Under the pieces are notes generated by a model. It did no database searches. It was not told the origin of the DNA and was given only the letters and a program-made list of their open reading frames with translations. This document shows, piece by piece, positions 20,373 through 29,917 of a stretch of DNA of 64,000 nt. The position numbers were made by a program, and so were the translations under genes. Origin of the DNA: an uncultured bacterium (lineage in GTDB: Bacteria > Patescibacteriota > Patescibacteriia > Magasanikbacterales > GWA2-37-8); assembly GCA_937903605.1 (NCBI GenBank), contig CALCZC010000007.1:124459-188458 (forward strand), written 5' to 3'. Each line of letters begins with the position of its first letter. Position 1 is the stretch's first letter.

Positions 20373-22322
20373 ATGAAATTACCGGACTTTTTTAAATTCA
20401 GCAAAAAGAAGACCGGCGTTTTATTGAAAGATTTTGATCAAACTTTGGTTAAAAAAATCAATAAAAAACGCTTCCCTTCTTGGGCACAAATCAAATACTT
20501 TTTTTATTTTTTAAATAAAAAAGAAAGAGCTGTTTTTTGGTCGGCTTTTTTATTGAGCTTAGTCACCGGTTTAATTTGGTTTATTTTTTATATTTTTTCT
20601 CATCTCTTTGTTTTACCAACCATTGGTGGAGAATATACGGAAGGATTGATTGGATCACCAAAATTGATAAATCCGATTTTTGAAACAGTCAATGATGTTG
20701 ATGGCGATATCTCATCTTTACTTTATGCCAAACTTTTTAAGCATGGAGAAAACAGACAAATATTCCCCGAATTAGTGGAAAGTTATGAACTTAGTGAAGA
20801 TAAAAAAATATACACTTTTAAATTAAGAGACGATGCTTATTGGAGTGACGGAAAAAAAATTACTTCAAATGACGTGGCTTTTACCATAGACTCTATTCAG
20901 AATCCGGAAGTTGGCAGTCCGCTTTTCGGATCATTTCAAGGAGTTTTGGTAGAAAAAATAGATGATTTAAAATTTTCCTTAACTTTAAAAGAGCCTTTTG
21001 CTCCTTTTTTAAACAGTTTGGTTTTTGGCCTTATCCCCGAACACATTTTTGGGCAAATGAATCCTGCTAATATTCGTTTAGCCAAAGACAATTTACAACC
21101 AGTGGTTGTTTCTGGACCTTACAAATTTACCAAGCTCTTAAAGGATAGCTCTACCAATAAAATTCAGACCTATACTCTGGAAAAAAATAATGAATATTTT
21201 GGAAACAAACCCTATCTAGAGACTATTATCTTCAAATTTTATGAGGACTTTGATTTAGCTTTAACTGATTTACGCAATCAAACTATTGACGGTTTGGGTT
21301 TTATCTCGGCTGAAAATAAAGAAAAGATAGCAAGTAAGAATTTCAATCTTTATGATTTACAATTACCTCAATATACCGCTTTATTTTTTAATCAAACAAA
21401 AGAGCCATTGCTAAAAGACGAAACCTTACGAACTTGTTTAGCTATGGGTATTGATAAAACAAAGATTTTGGAACAAGTTTTCAAAAATAACGCACAGACA
21501 GTTCATGCTCCAATATTAAAAAATGAATTGGGTTATTACCCGGATATCAAAAAAATATCTTTTGGTGTTGATGAGGCTAACGGCTTGCTTGATAAAAATT
21601 GGACCAGAGTGGAACCGGAAAAGTTTTTAGAAATCCGTCAAAATCAAATTCTAAAAACCTTGAGAGAAAAGTATCCTGTTACAACCTCAAGTGAAAACTC
21701 TGAAGAAATCACGGCTCCGATCATAAATTTGGAAGAAGAAACCCAAAAATTATTACAAGAAGAAATCGATTCTACCCAACCATTTTATCGAAAAGATAAA
21801 AATGAAAATATTTTGTCTCTGGTTATCACCACCGCGAATATTCCGGAGTATATAAACACCGCCAATATAATAGCTTCTTTTTGGAAGAATCTCGGAATCA
21901 AAACTACAGTAGAAATAATAGATAGTCAAAGAATAATCAAGGAAAATATTCGTGAAAGAAATTATTCCATTTTGCTTTTTGGCCAGGTTTTAGGCGGAGA
22001 TCCCGATCCTTACGCTTTTTGGCATTCCAGTCAAACCCAGTTTCCAGGCTTAAATCTAGCCCTATTTTCCGATAGAGATGCGGATAAATTACTTGAAGAT
22101 GCTCGGATAACGGATGATAAAACTAAACGCGAAGAGTCTTATAAAAAATTTCAAGATATTTTAGCCAAAAAAATTCCAGCTATATTTCTCTACACTCCGA
22201 CTTACAGCTACGCTGTAAATAAAAATATAAAAGGAGTCAGTATTGGACCAATTTTGACCCCGGCCGATCGTTTCACCTCTTTGAATAAATGGTATATTAA
22301 AACGGCTAAACAGTGGAAATAA
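20373..22322 (+). CDS. ABC-type solute-binding protein, family 5 (peptide/nickel-like), membrane-anchored, with no adjacent permease genes
   Basis: 649 aa with an N-terminal TM and an SBP_bac_5-like core (GPYKFTKLLKDSSTNKIQTYTLEKNNEYFG..., ...QVLGGDPDPYAFWHSSQ...). Confidence 0.7.
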   Translation: MKLPDFFKFSKKKTGVLLKDFDQTLVKKINKKRFPSWAQIKYFFYFLNKKERAVFWSAFLLSLVTGLIWFIFYIFSHLFVLPTIGGEYTEGLIGSPKLINPIFETVNDVDGDISSLLYAKLFKHGENRQIFPELVESYELSEDKKIYTFKLRDDAYWSDGKKITSNDVAFTIDSIQNPEVGSPLFGSFQGVLVEKIDDLKFSLTLKEPFAPFLNSLVFGLIPEHIFGQMNPANIRLAKDNLQPVVVSGPYKFTKLLKDSSTNKIQTYTLEKNNEYFGNKPYLETIIFKFYEDFDLALTDLRNQTIDGLGFISAENKEKIASKNFNLYDLQLPQYTALFFNQTKEPLLKDETLRTCLAMGIDKTKILEQVFKNNAQTVHAPILKNELGYYPDIKKISFGVDEANGLLDKNWTRVEPEKFLEIRQNQILKTLREKYPVTTSSENSEEITAPIINLEEETQKLLQEEIDSTQPFYRKDKNENILSLVITTANIPEYINTANIIASFWKNLGIKTTVEIIDSQRIIKENIRERNYSILLFGQVLGGDPDPYAFWHSSQTQFPGLNLALFSDRDADKLLEDARITDDKTKREESYKKFQDILAKKIPAIFLYTPTYSYAVNKNIKGVSIGPILTPADRFTSLNKWYIKTAKQWK

Positions 22323-22354
22323 AAGTAATCAGTATTTCAAAGTCCGACAAATAT

Positions 22355-22436
22355 GGGCGAGTGGCGGAATTGGTATACGCGTACGTCTCAGAAGCGTATG
22401 GGGAAACCCATGAGAGTTCAAATCTCTTCTCGCCCA
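22355..22436 (+). tRNA. tRNA-Leu (anticodon CAG) with a long variable arm
   Basis: Acceptor gggcgag/ctcgccc, anticodon stem tacgt/gcgta with loop ctcagaa, variable arm tggggaaacccat, T-arm gagag-ttcaaat-ctctt. The ORF-track ORF 22313-22555 across it is spurious. Confidence 0.8.
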
Positions 22437-22671
22437 CAACGCTAAGCGTTGTAATCGGGACGCTCAGCGTCCCACGTTTTCTTATTTATCAAAATTATTA
22501 TTCAAGACAGACTTCAAACAACTGTCTTGAGCAGTTTATAAATTTAACTTATTAATTTAAAATTCAAAAGTCAAAAATTAAAATTACAATTTAAAATTCA
22601 AAATAACAGAAAATTTTTATTGTTGAATTGAAATTTTGCATTTTACATTTTGACTTTTAACTTAATTACTT

Positions 22672-24477
22672 ATGATTTTTAACAAATCAAATCAACAAAC
22701 AAATAGACCGCCACAGAGAAGTGGTGGACAAAAATTCTACCGTCGAAACAGCGCGGCCAGACAAGGACATATAAACACTACGGCTCGTCCTTCTTTTGCG
22801 CGTTTTCGTACAGAAAATAAAAAGCTTCGTGTTATGGTTTTGGGAGGACTAGAAGAGGTCGGCCGAAATTGTACACTTTTTGAATATGGTGATGATATTA
22901 TTATCATTGACATGGGGTTACAATTTCCCGAAGAAGATATGCCTGGTATTGATTATATTATCCCAAACATGTCTTATCTAAAAGGTAAAGAAAAAAATAT
23001 CCGCGGTGTTATCATAACCCACGCTCACTATGATCATATCGGTGGTATCCCCCACCTTATACCGCTACTTAACTATCCACCAATTTTCGGATTACCTCTG
23101 ACCAATGCTATTATTAAAAAACGTCAAGAAGATTATAAAAATCTCAAACCACTCAATATTCACAACATTACTACCGAAGATAAGCTCCGTTTAGGTAGTT
23201 TTGAATTGGAGTTCTTTCATCTCAATCACAATATTCCTGATACCATGGGTATAGTGATAAAAACTCCAGAAGGTAATATCGTTCATACCGGTGACTGGAA
23301 ATTTGATCATCAGCCATCAGGCGAAAAACCAGCCGATTTACAACGTATCGCCAGAATAGGCTCTGAAGGGGTCTTGGCTTTAATGTCTGATTCTACCAAT
23401 GCTTCTCAACCCGGCAATCAAATGTCTGAATCTGAAATTCGCGGAAATTTGGATGAAATAGTTTCCAAAGCTCCAGGACGTCTCATCATTGGCACTTTTG
23501 CATCTCTGCTTTCTCGCATAAAACAGATCGTGGAAATTTGCGAAAAACATGGTAAGGTTATTGCTCTTGATGGTTTTTCTATGAAAAGCAACGTGGAAAT
23601 TGCCAAACAACTCGGCTATATGAAATTTTCACCAAAAACCCTGATTGATCTACGCCACGTCCATAACTATCCAAATAATAAAGTTGTAATAATGTGTACC
23701 GGTGCGCAAGGCGAAAAAAATGCTTCACTTATGCGTATTGCTAATGGTGAACATAATTTTGTCAAATTAATTCCCGGAGACACGGTCGTATTTTCTTCTT
23801 CAGTTATTCCCGGCAACGAACGCACGGTACAACGTCTCAAAGATACCTTATTTCGCAAAGGCGCCGAGGTTATTCATTATCAAATGATGGACGTTCATGC
23901 CGGCGGTCATGCCAAAGCTGATGATGTTAAATTGATGATCCGCTTGCTTAATCCAAAATATTTTATTCCGATTGAGGGTAATCACTTTTTATTGCATTAT
24001 AATGCCAGAGTAGCCACTTCCATGGGTTTCCCCAAAGAAAATTGTTTTATCGCTGATAATGGACAAGTTATGGAATTTTCCGCCGGAACCGGAAAACTTA
24101 CCAAAGAAAAAATCAACGCCGATTACGTCTTTGTGGATGGACTCGGAGTATCTGATGAAACAAATATTGTACTTCGTGATCGTCAGGTTTTGGCTGAAGA
24201 TGGTATGATCGTGGTTATCGCCACCGTGGACAGCAAAACCGGAAAACTTATTCAAAATCCGGATATTATCTCGCGTGGTTTTGTCTTCCTCAAAGAAAAT
24301 AAAGAAATGATCGAGGATCTGCGCCATCGCGTGAAAAAGATGGTTATAGACTCTGATCCGCTTTCTTGGGCCGATACCAATAATATACGCAATAAGATTC
24401 GCGATTATGTTGGACAGTTTCTCTATACAAAGACTGAAAAAAGACCGATGGTGTTGCCAGTGGTGATTGAAGTATAA
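22672..24477 (+). CDS. rnj: Ribonuclease J (metallo-beta-lactamase / beta-CASP family) with a basic N-terminal extension
   Basis: ...VIITHAHYDHIGGIPHL..., HTGDWKFD, and a beta-CASP plus C-terminal domain. 601 aa. Confidence 0.85.
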   Translation: MIFNKSNQQTNRPPQRSGGQKFYRRNSAARQGHINTTARPSFARFRTENKKLRVMVLGGLEEVGRNCTLFEYGDDIIIIDMGLQFPEEDMPGIDYIIPNMSYLKGKEKNIRGVIITHAHYDHIGGIPHLIPLLNYPPIFGLPLTNAIIKKRQEDYKNLKPLNIHNITTEDKLRLGSFELEFFHLNHNIPDTMGIVIKTPEGNIVHTGDWKFDHQPSGEKPADLQRIARIGSEGVLALMSDSTNASQPGNQMSESEIRGNLDEIVSKAPGRLIIGTFASLLSRIKQIVEICEKHGKVIALDGFSMKSNVEIAKQLGYMKFSPKTLIDLRHVHNYPNNKVVIMCTGAQGEKNASLMRIANGEHNFVKLIPGDTVVFSSSVIPGNERTVQRLKDTLFRKGAEVIHYQMMDVHAGGHAKADDVKLMIRLLNPKYFIPIEGNHFLLHYNARVATSMGFPKENCFIADNGQVMEFSAGTGKLTKEKINADYVFVDGLGVSDETNIVLRDRQVLAEDGMIVVIATVDSKTGKLIQNPDIISRGFVFLKENKEMIEDLRHRVKKMVIDSDPLSWADTNNIRNKIRDYVGQFLYTKTEKRPMVLPVVIEV

Positions 24478-24516
24478 AAGCAAATAAGCCGATAAGCTTA
24501 TAAGCTAGTAAGCAAC

Positions 24517-24548
24517 AAAAAACTTCGCTGATTAGGCGAAGTTTTTTA
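24517..24548. terminator. Bidirectional terminator (same hairpin sequence as 5890-5921)
   Basis: aaaaaacttcgctgattaggcgaagttttttaaa. Confidence 0.8.
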
Positions 24549-24558
24549 AATTTATTTT

Positions 24559-24774
24559 TTATTCTTCAGGATCACTATCCGGAGTATCTGCAAAATCTCT
24601 ATTTGATGCAAAATTTCCACTCATCTTTCTTTCTTTTGAAGTAGGCTTAATCTCGCCTCTTTCTACTTTTTTCTTATAATCTTCATAAAGCTTTCTTGAT
24701 TCTTCTTGTTCTTTAGGTGTTAAATCTGGCAAGGGCCTTTTTTCACCTCTCGAACCAAAACTAAAATTTCCCAT
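24559..24774 (-). CDS. Small (71 aa) charged hypothetical protein with its own consensus promoter
   Basis: MGNFSFGSRGEKRPLPDLTPKEQEESRKLYEDYKKKVERGEIKPTSKERK... It sits between a canonical promoter at 24817-24845 and the terminator at 24517-24548. Confidence 0.5.
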   Translation of the reverse strand: MGNFSFGSRGEKRPLPDLTPKEQEESRKLYEDYKKKVERGEIKPTSKERKMSGNFASNRDFADTPDSDPEE

Positions 24775-24816
24775 ATTTTTATATTTAAAAATTAAATATT
24801 TCTAAAATACCTGTAT

Positions 24817-24845
24817 ATTATAGCATAAAAAGGCGGTTTTGTCAA
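24817..24845 (-). promoter_or_regulatory. Consensus sigma70 promoter (TTGACA-17-TATAAT)
   Basis: Minus strand reads ttgacaaaaccgcctttttatgctataat. Confidence 0.6.
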
Positions 24846-24887
24846 TTTAAACAACAAAAGCACCCGTTTTGGGTACTTTTGTTATAT

Positions 24888-25356
24888 GTTTCGCTCAAAG
24901 CTATAAGCCGAATTTCGTCTACCCGTTTTTAAATTAAAAACGAGGAGATGGTCATTTATCTTGTCGGTCACATCACTGCGCCGATCTTTGCGAGCTAACT
25001 TTCTGAATTCCTGACTAAAAAGTCGGAAAACATTGCTCTTGCGCCAGGCAGGGTTTGGCACGTTTTGGCATTGCTGCCAATCGAGTATGATAGCCCATAT
25101 ATAAGACCTTCATACACTTTTCACCTTTGGCGAGGAAAAATCCTCGTTAGTATAGTCTCTGTGCCACTTTCCCTTTTACATTGTTACCAATGCAACGGCG
25201 GGTATTACCCGCTACCCCTTACCTTTCAGACAAACGAGACCTCTAAAAACCAAGAAATTCTTAATTTTTAGCCTGTCTATAATTGCTTGCCGATAGAGGC
25301 GTTCGGACTTTCCTCTCGGGTCGTATTCCGACCCAAGCGACCATCCGCTTTGAACC
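24888..25356 (-). ncRNA. rnpB: RNase P RNA (bacterial type A-like)
   Basis: Minus strand contains the P4 5' strand GAGGAAAGUCCGAAC, then GGUAAUACCCGCC, AAGGUGAAA, ACCCUGCCUGGCGCAAG (E. coli has ACUCCACCCGGAGCAAG), and the P4 3' strand ACGAAAUUCGGCUUAUAG. A P1 pairing guucaaagc/gcuuugagc closes the molecule. The region is about 50% GC in an AT-rich context and has no protein ORF. Confidence 0.75.
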
Positions 25357-25432
25357 TTACCACTATATCATAATTTTTTACTTTTGTCAAGAGTGTTGGG
25401 TTTTATTTGTGCTAACTATAGCAAAAAATATA

Positions 25433-25570
25433 AAATCCCAATGTCCAAATCCCAATTCCCAATCAAGGCCCAATGCCTAAATGATCAAATATTTTTAAGA
25501 TTTTGGGCTTAGGATTTGACCTGCCTACCGGCAGGCAGGTTGGTCATTGGTCATTAGGGTTTGGTCATTT
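25433..25570. repeat. Second copy of the cccaat/ttggtcattgg element, here with the GC palindrome ACCTGCCTACCGGCAGGCAGGT (25518-25539) embedded
   Basis: aaaatcccaatgtccaaatcccaattcccaat...acctgcctaccggcaggcaggttggtcattggtcatt. Confidence 0.6.
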
Positions 25571-25643
25571 GAGCTCTTTGACTTTATGTGATTTTTGTAA
25601 TAAAATATCATTAACTTGATTTATTTATTTTTCTTCATTTTGT

Positions 25644-27062
25644 ATGAAGCGTTTCGAACTTTTTTTTACCTTTCTCCAGCTTCCTATTGATTATCTTATG
25701 ATAGTTTTGGCCGGATTTTCCGCCTATAGTCTTCGTTATACCGAATTTATCAAAAGCATTCGCCCGATAATGTTTGATCTGACTTGGCACACTTATTGGC
25801 CTATAGTTCTTCTGGTTGCCGGAGTTTGGATAATCATCTTTGCTTTTTCCGGACTTTATCATGCCGATCCCAATCGTCGCTTACTCAAAGACATTAATCG
25901 CATCTTCTTTGCCTGCGCCACCGGATTTGCCGGTATCACAATCTATGTATTTTTTACTTTGCAAAAATTTGATTCTCGTTTTCTGGTTTTGATGGGATGG
26001 ATTTTGGCGGTTGTTTATGTGATTTTTGCTCGTGCCATTATTCGCGGTCTAAAAATATTTTTATACAGTCGCGGTTTTGGTTTACGCAAAACCGTGATTA
26101 TAGGAGCTCAAAATATCGCTCTTCGCTTAATGGAAAATATAAATAATCAACCGATGCTTGGTTATAAACTGGTCGGTAATTTTGAAACTTTTAATGAAGA
26201 AATTGCCAATAAAATAAAAAATCTCAAACCTGATGATATTATTTTTGCCGATCCTAAGGCCAATCAAGAAGAAGCTCTCTCAGCCATAGATTTTGCCAAC
26301 GAACACCATCTATCTTTCAAATATTCCGCTGATCTACTTGATACCATTACCTCCAACATTTCACTTAGTACAATTGACGACATACCGATTATTGAACTTC
26401 GTCGAACCAGACTAAATGTCTGGGGTAGAATTTTCAAACGAATTTTGGATATTATTGGTAGTTTGATTTTAATAATAATTTTTTCTCCAATTTATCTAGT
26501 TGTTTCTTTGATAATACTCATAGAAACCGGGCGACCGATAATTTATAAAAACGAAAGAGTCGGACAAAAAGGAATTTTATTTTTTACTTACAAATTTCGT
26601 TCCATGTATCAGAAATATTGCACCGGCAAACAGTTTGGCTCTCAAGGTCAAGAAGCTTTGGAAAAAGAAAAAGAACTGATAAAAGAATTGAACACCAAAA
26701 AAGGCCCGGTTTACAAAATAGAAAACGATCCGCGTGTCACACCTTTTGGCCGTTTTATCCGTCGCTGGAGTTTGGATGAATTTCCTCAATTTTTCAATGT
26801 TTTTATCGGCAATATGAGCTTAGTCGGACCTCGTCCGCACCAACCGCGCGAAGTGGAAAAATATAAAAAACATCACAAAATAGTTTTGGCTATCAAACCT
26901 GGCATTACCGGTCTGGCACAAATTTCCGGACGCAGCGACCTGAGTTTTGAAGACGAAATCAAACTGGATACTTTTTATATTGAAAACTGGAGGTTGCTGC
27001 TAGACTTTATTATTCTAATTAAAACACCCTTTGTAGTTTTGAGTCGCAAGGGAGCGAAATAA
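25644..27062 (+). CDS. Polyprenyl-phosphate glycosylphosphotransferase (WbaP/CpsE-type initiating sugar transferase)
   Basis: N-terminal TMs plus a C-terminal bacterial sugar transferase domain ...PIIYKNERVGQKGILFFTYKFRSM...LDEFPQFFNVFIGNMSLVGPRPHQP... Confidence 0.85.
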   Translation: MKRFELFFTFLQLPIDYLMIVLAGFSAYSLRYTEFIKSIRPIMFDLTWHTYWPIVLLVAGVWIIIFAFSGLYHADPNRRLLKDINRIFFACATGFAGITIYVFFTLQKFDSRFLVLMGWILAVVYVIFARAIIRGLKIFLYSRGFGLRKTVIIGAQNIALRLMENINNQPMLGYKLVGNFETFNEEIANKIKNLKPDDIIFADPKANQEEALSAIDFANEHHLSFKYSADLLDTITSNISLSTIDDIPIIELRRTRLNVWGRIFKRILDIIGSLILIIIFSPIYLVVSLIILIETGRPIIYKNERVGQKGILFFTYKFRSMYQKYCTGKQFGSQGQEALEKEKELIKELNTKKGPVYKIENDPRVTPFGRFIRRWSLDEFPQFFNVFIGNMSLVGPRPHQPREVEKYKKHHKIVLAIKPGITGLAQISGRSDLSFEDEIKLDTFYIENWRLLLDFIILIKTPFVVLSRKGAK

Positions 27063-27110
27063 AAAAATTTTAGATTTAAGATTTTTGATTTTAGATTACG
27101 AACAAAGACC

Positions 27111-27207
27111 GTCATCCTGATCCTGCCTAGGCGGAGAAGGATCCCTTAAACAAGGCTTTAAGAAATAAGTTAAACTATACGGGATTCTTCGTTTCACTCA
27201 GAATGAC
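27111..27207. repeat. MITE-like element, family A, third copy
   Basis: gtcatcctgatcctgcctaggcggagaaggatcccttaaacaagg...cactcagaatgac. Confidence 0.8.
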
Positions 27208-27234
27208 GAGCTGTTCATCGGATTATAATATTTT

Positions 27235-28353
27235 ATGAACATCGCATTAGTCCATGATTATTTAGCGCAAGACGGGGGCGCAGAAAAAGTTTTGAAAGCC
27301 CTCCACGAAATTTGGCCGGAGGCGCCAATTTTTGTTTTATTTCATGATGAAAAAAAACTAGAGCAATTTAAAAAAGAACAAGTTAAAGAAAGTTTTTTGA
27401 AAAACTTTCCTTTTATTCACTCTCATTATCAATGGTATCTGCCTTTTATGCCAATAGCGATAGAACGATTGGATCTAAAAAATTTTGATTTGGTAATTTC
27501 CAGCACTTCTCTCTTTGCCAAAGGAGTAATAACAACCCCGTCCACTCTACACATTTCTTATTGTCACACTCCTCCTCGATTTTTGTGGTCAGATACTCAT
27601 AAGTATCTCAGTGATTTTCGTTATAATTTTTTTATAAAACTTTTTTCTCCCAATTTTATTCATCGCTTACGTTTGTGGGATAAAATGAGTGCTGACCGTG
27701 TGGATGAGTTTATCGCCAATTCTTTTACTGTCGCCAAACGTATTCAAAAATTTTACCGCCGTGAAGCAACCATTATTAATCCACCGGTGGAAACAGAAAA
27801 ATTCAAAATTTCTCCTACTCTTGGTGATTATTATCTTTGCGGGGGCAGATTGGTGCCTTACAAAAAAATAGATTTGGTCATCAAGGTCTTTAATCGCCTG
27901 GGAAAACCCTTAAAAATATTTGGTGACGGACCTGAATTAAAACATTTAAAAAAGGTAGCTAAATCAAATATTGAATTCCTGGGTCGCATTACCGAAGATC
28001 AAAAAACAGATTTGATGAGTAAAGCCTTGGCTTTTATCAACCCTCAATTGGAGGATTTTGGCATTACCGCGATAGAAAGCATGGCTGCCGGAAGACCGGT
28101 CATAGCTTATGGTGTTGGTGGGGCGGGAGAAACTGTTATCGATGGTGAAACCGGCATTCTTATTAAAAACCAGACTTGGGAAAGTCTTTTTGACACCATT
28201 TTAAATTTTCATCCCGAAAATTGGGACAGTGCCAGGATTCGTGCACATGCGGAAAAATTTAGTGAAGAAATTTTTAAAGAAAAAATGCAACGATTTGTGA
28301 CTGATAAGTATGAGGAATTTAAGAAAGGACTCATCCAAAATAAACTATTTTAA
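27235..28353 (+). CDS. GT4-family glycosyltransferase
   Basis: MNIALVHDYLAQDGGAEKVL... plus the C-terminal EDFGITAIESMAAGRPVIA motif. Confidence 0.8.
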   Translation: MNIALVHDYLAQDGGAEKVLKALHEIWPEAPIFVLFHDEKKLEQFKKEQVKESFLKNFPFIHSHYQWYLPFMPIAIERLDLKNFDLVISSTSLFAKGVITTPSTLHISYCHTPPRFLWSDTHKYLSDFRYNFFIKLFSPNFIHRLRLWDKMSADRVDEFIANSFTVAKRIQKFYRREATIINPPVETEKFKISPTLGDYYLCGGRLVPYKKIDLVIKVFNRLGKPLKIFGDGPELKHLKKVAKSNIEFLGRITEDQKTDLMSKALAFINPQLEDFGITAIESMAAGRPVIAYGVGGAGETVIDGETGILIKNQTWESLFDTILNFHPENWDSARIRAHAEKFSEEIFKEKMQRFVTDKYEEFKKGLIQNKLF

Positions 28354-28361
28354 AATTACCT

Positions 28362-29492
28362 ATGAATATAGGTGTTGATATCCGCCCGCTCCTGTCCCCT
28401 GTTCGTACCGGAGTCGGCGAATATACATTTGAGCTTCTCAACGCAATATTCCAAATTGATAAACAAAATCAATATTTTTTATTTTATAATTCTTATAAAG
28501 ACTTGGATAAATATTTACCAAGCTGGAAATACGAAAATGTCCGTTTTATAAAAAAAAATTGGTCAAACAAGCTTTTCAATTTTTGCCAAAAATTTCTAAA
28601 CTGGCCAAAAATAGATCTTTTTGTAGCCAAAGAATTCTCTTTGGAAAAACTGGATTATTTTTTTTCTCCTAATCTAAATTTTACTGCTTTGAGTAAAAAA
28701 CCCAAGAAAATTCTAACTATCCACGATCTCTCTTTTGATTTTTTTCCAGAATATCTTTCTTTTAAACAAAAACTTTGGCACCTCTTTATCAACCCTAAAA
28801 AGCAATGTTTTGGCGCCGACATAATACTGGCCCCGAGCAAAAACACCAAAAGAGATCTAATAGATTTTTATAATCTGTCTGAAAACAAAATCCGCACAAT
28901 TTATCCGGGGCTTTCTTCTATTTTTCAAAATATCACTGAAAACAAAAAAAATTTGAATTTGCCGGACAATTATATTTTATTTTTGGGAGCTCTCGAACCT
29001 CGCAAAAATATCCTAGGAGTTATTGAAGCTTATGAAAAAGCTTTTACTCGCTTATCTCTCCCGTATCATTTGGTAATTGCCGGCGCACCTGGATGGAAAA
29101 ATAAAGAAATCTTTGAAAAAATAGAGGGTTCTCCGTTAAAACAAAAAATAACTTTCATCGGTTATGTGAAAAACGAAGATAAACCGGAACTTTATCGTCG
29201 AGCGAGTATTTTTGTTTATCCTTCATTTTATGAGGGTTTTGGTTTTCCTGTTTTAGAAGCTATGTATTGTCATGTTCCAGTCATAACAAGCAATGTATCC
29301 TCTCTGGTAGAAATAACTTCAAAAAACGCTTACTTGGTAGATCCTAATAAACCGGAGCAGATATCTGACGGCTTAATCAAAATACTTAATAAACAAAATA
29401 TAAAAAATAATTTAATATCAAAAGCTAAAATCCGATCTGAAAAATTTTCTTGGAGCTCATCAGCAAAAGATTTTTTGAATATTTTAAAATAA
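28362..29492 (+). CDS. GT4-family glycosyltransferase
   Basis: ...YVKNEDKPELYRRASIFVYPSFYEGFGFPVLEAMYCHVPVITSN... Confidence 0.8.
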   Translation: MNIGVDIRPLLSPVRTGVGEYTFELLNAIFQIDKQNQYFLFYNSYKDLDKYLPSWKYENVRFIKKNWSNKLFNFCQKFLNWPKIDLFVAKEFSLEKLDYFFSPNLNFTALSKKPKKILTIHDLSFDFFPEYLSFKQKLWHLFINPKKQCFGADIILAPSKNTKRDLIDFYNLSENKIRTIYPGLSSIFQNITENKKNLNLPDNYILFLGALEPRKNILGVIEAYEKAFTRLSLPYHLVIAGAPGWKNKEIFEKIEGSPLKQKITFIGYVKNEDKPELYRRASIFVYPSFYEGFGFPVLEAMYCHVPVITSNVSSLVEITSKNAYLVDPNKPEQISDGLIKILNKQNIKNNLISKAKIRSEKFSWSSSAKDFLNILK

Positions 29493-29526
29493 AATAAGAC
29501 CCTTGGTAAAGGGTCTTTGTTTTTAG
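29492..29526. terminator. Bidirectional terminator
   Basis: aaaataagacccttggtaaagggtctttgtttttag. Confidence 0.75.
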
Positions 29527-29537
29527 TAGCTACAAGG

Positions 29538-29768
29538 CTACATTTCTTTTATGACAAAACCTTCCATTATTTTGTCTTCTTCTTTGCTATTGACCGGTTC
29601 CTGGCTGATGACTCCGCATGTTTTACAATTCATTTTCCTCCACAATGTCCCCACACACATAGCATAATAGGCTACATGGGGAACGGGTTTTTTTTCTTTA
29701 CCACTGCATTGACCGCAAATACGATCAACTTCTTCAGTTTCCTTTTTCTTCAAAAGAGGTTTGGTCAT
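29538..29768 (-). CDS. Small zinc-ribbon protein (76 aa), antisense-embedded between glycosyltransferase genes. It belongs to the same C-x2-C...W-[NR]...C-x2-C family as 43279 and 43618.
   Basis: MTKPLLKKKETEEVDRICGQCSGKEKKPVPHVAYYAMCVGTLWRKMNCKTCGV... The start is set at the internal Met of the 176-aa track ORF because that ORF overlaps the GT start. A strong SD (ttggaggcgccaATG) and a canonical promoter at 29821-29849 support this start. Confidence 0.5.
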   Translation of the reverse strand: MTKPLLKKKETEEVDRICGQCSGKEKKPVPHVAYYAMCVGTLWRKMNCKTCGVISQEPVNSKEEDKIMEGFVIKEM

Positions 29769-29820
29769 TGGCGCCTCCAAAGACAGGTTGGGTGATTTGT
29801 CGAAAGAACAAGAAGAAACT

Positions 29821-29849
29821 ATTTTATCCCTCTTTTTTTTGTTTGTCAA
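29821..29849 (-). promoter_or_regulatory. Consensus sigma70 promoter (TTGACA-17-TAAAAT) driving the antisense zinc-ribbon gene
   Basis: Minus strand reads ttgacaaacaaaaaaaagagggataaaat. Confidence 0.55.
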
Positions 29850-29917
29850 ATTTATCCAATCAATCAATTCGGAAAAAACTTGGCTTAACCAAAAATTTAC
29901 ATTATACTTAAAACAAT

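Noticed and set aside
22313-22555. 80-aa ORF
   Set aside because: It spans tRNA-Leu(CAG) and its terminator, so it is not protein-coding.
29517-29795. 92-aa plus-strand ORF, and the N-terminal 100 aa of the 176-aa minus ORF
   Set aside because: The plus ORF crosses a terminator. The upstream part of the minus ORF overlaps the well-supported GT4 start. Only the SD-preceded internal start at 29768 is kept.
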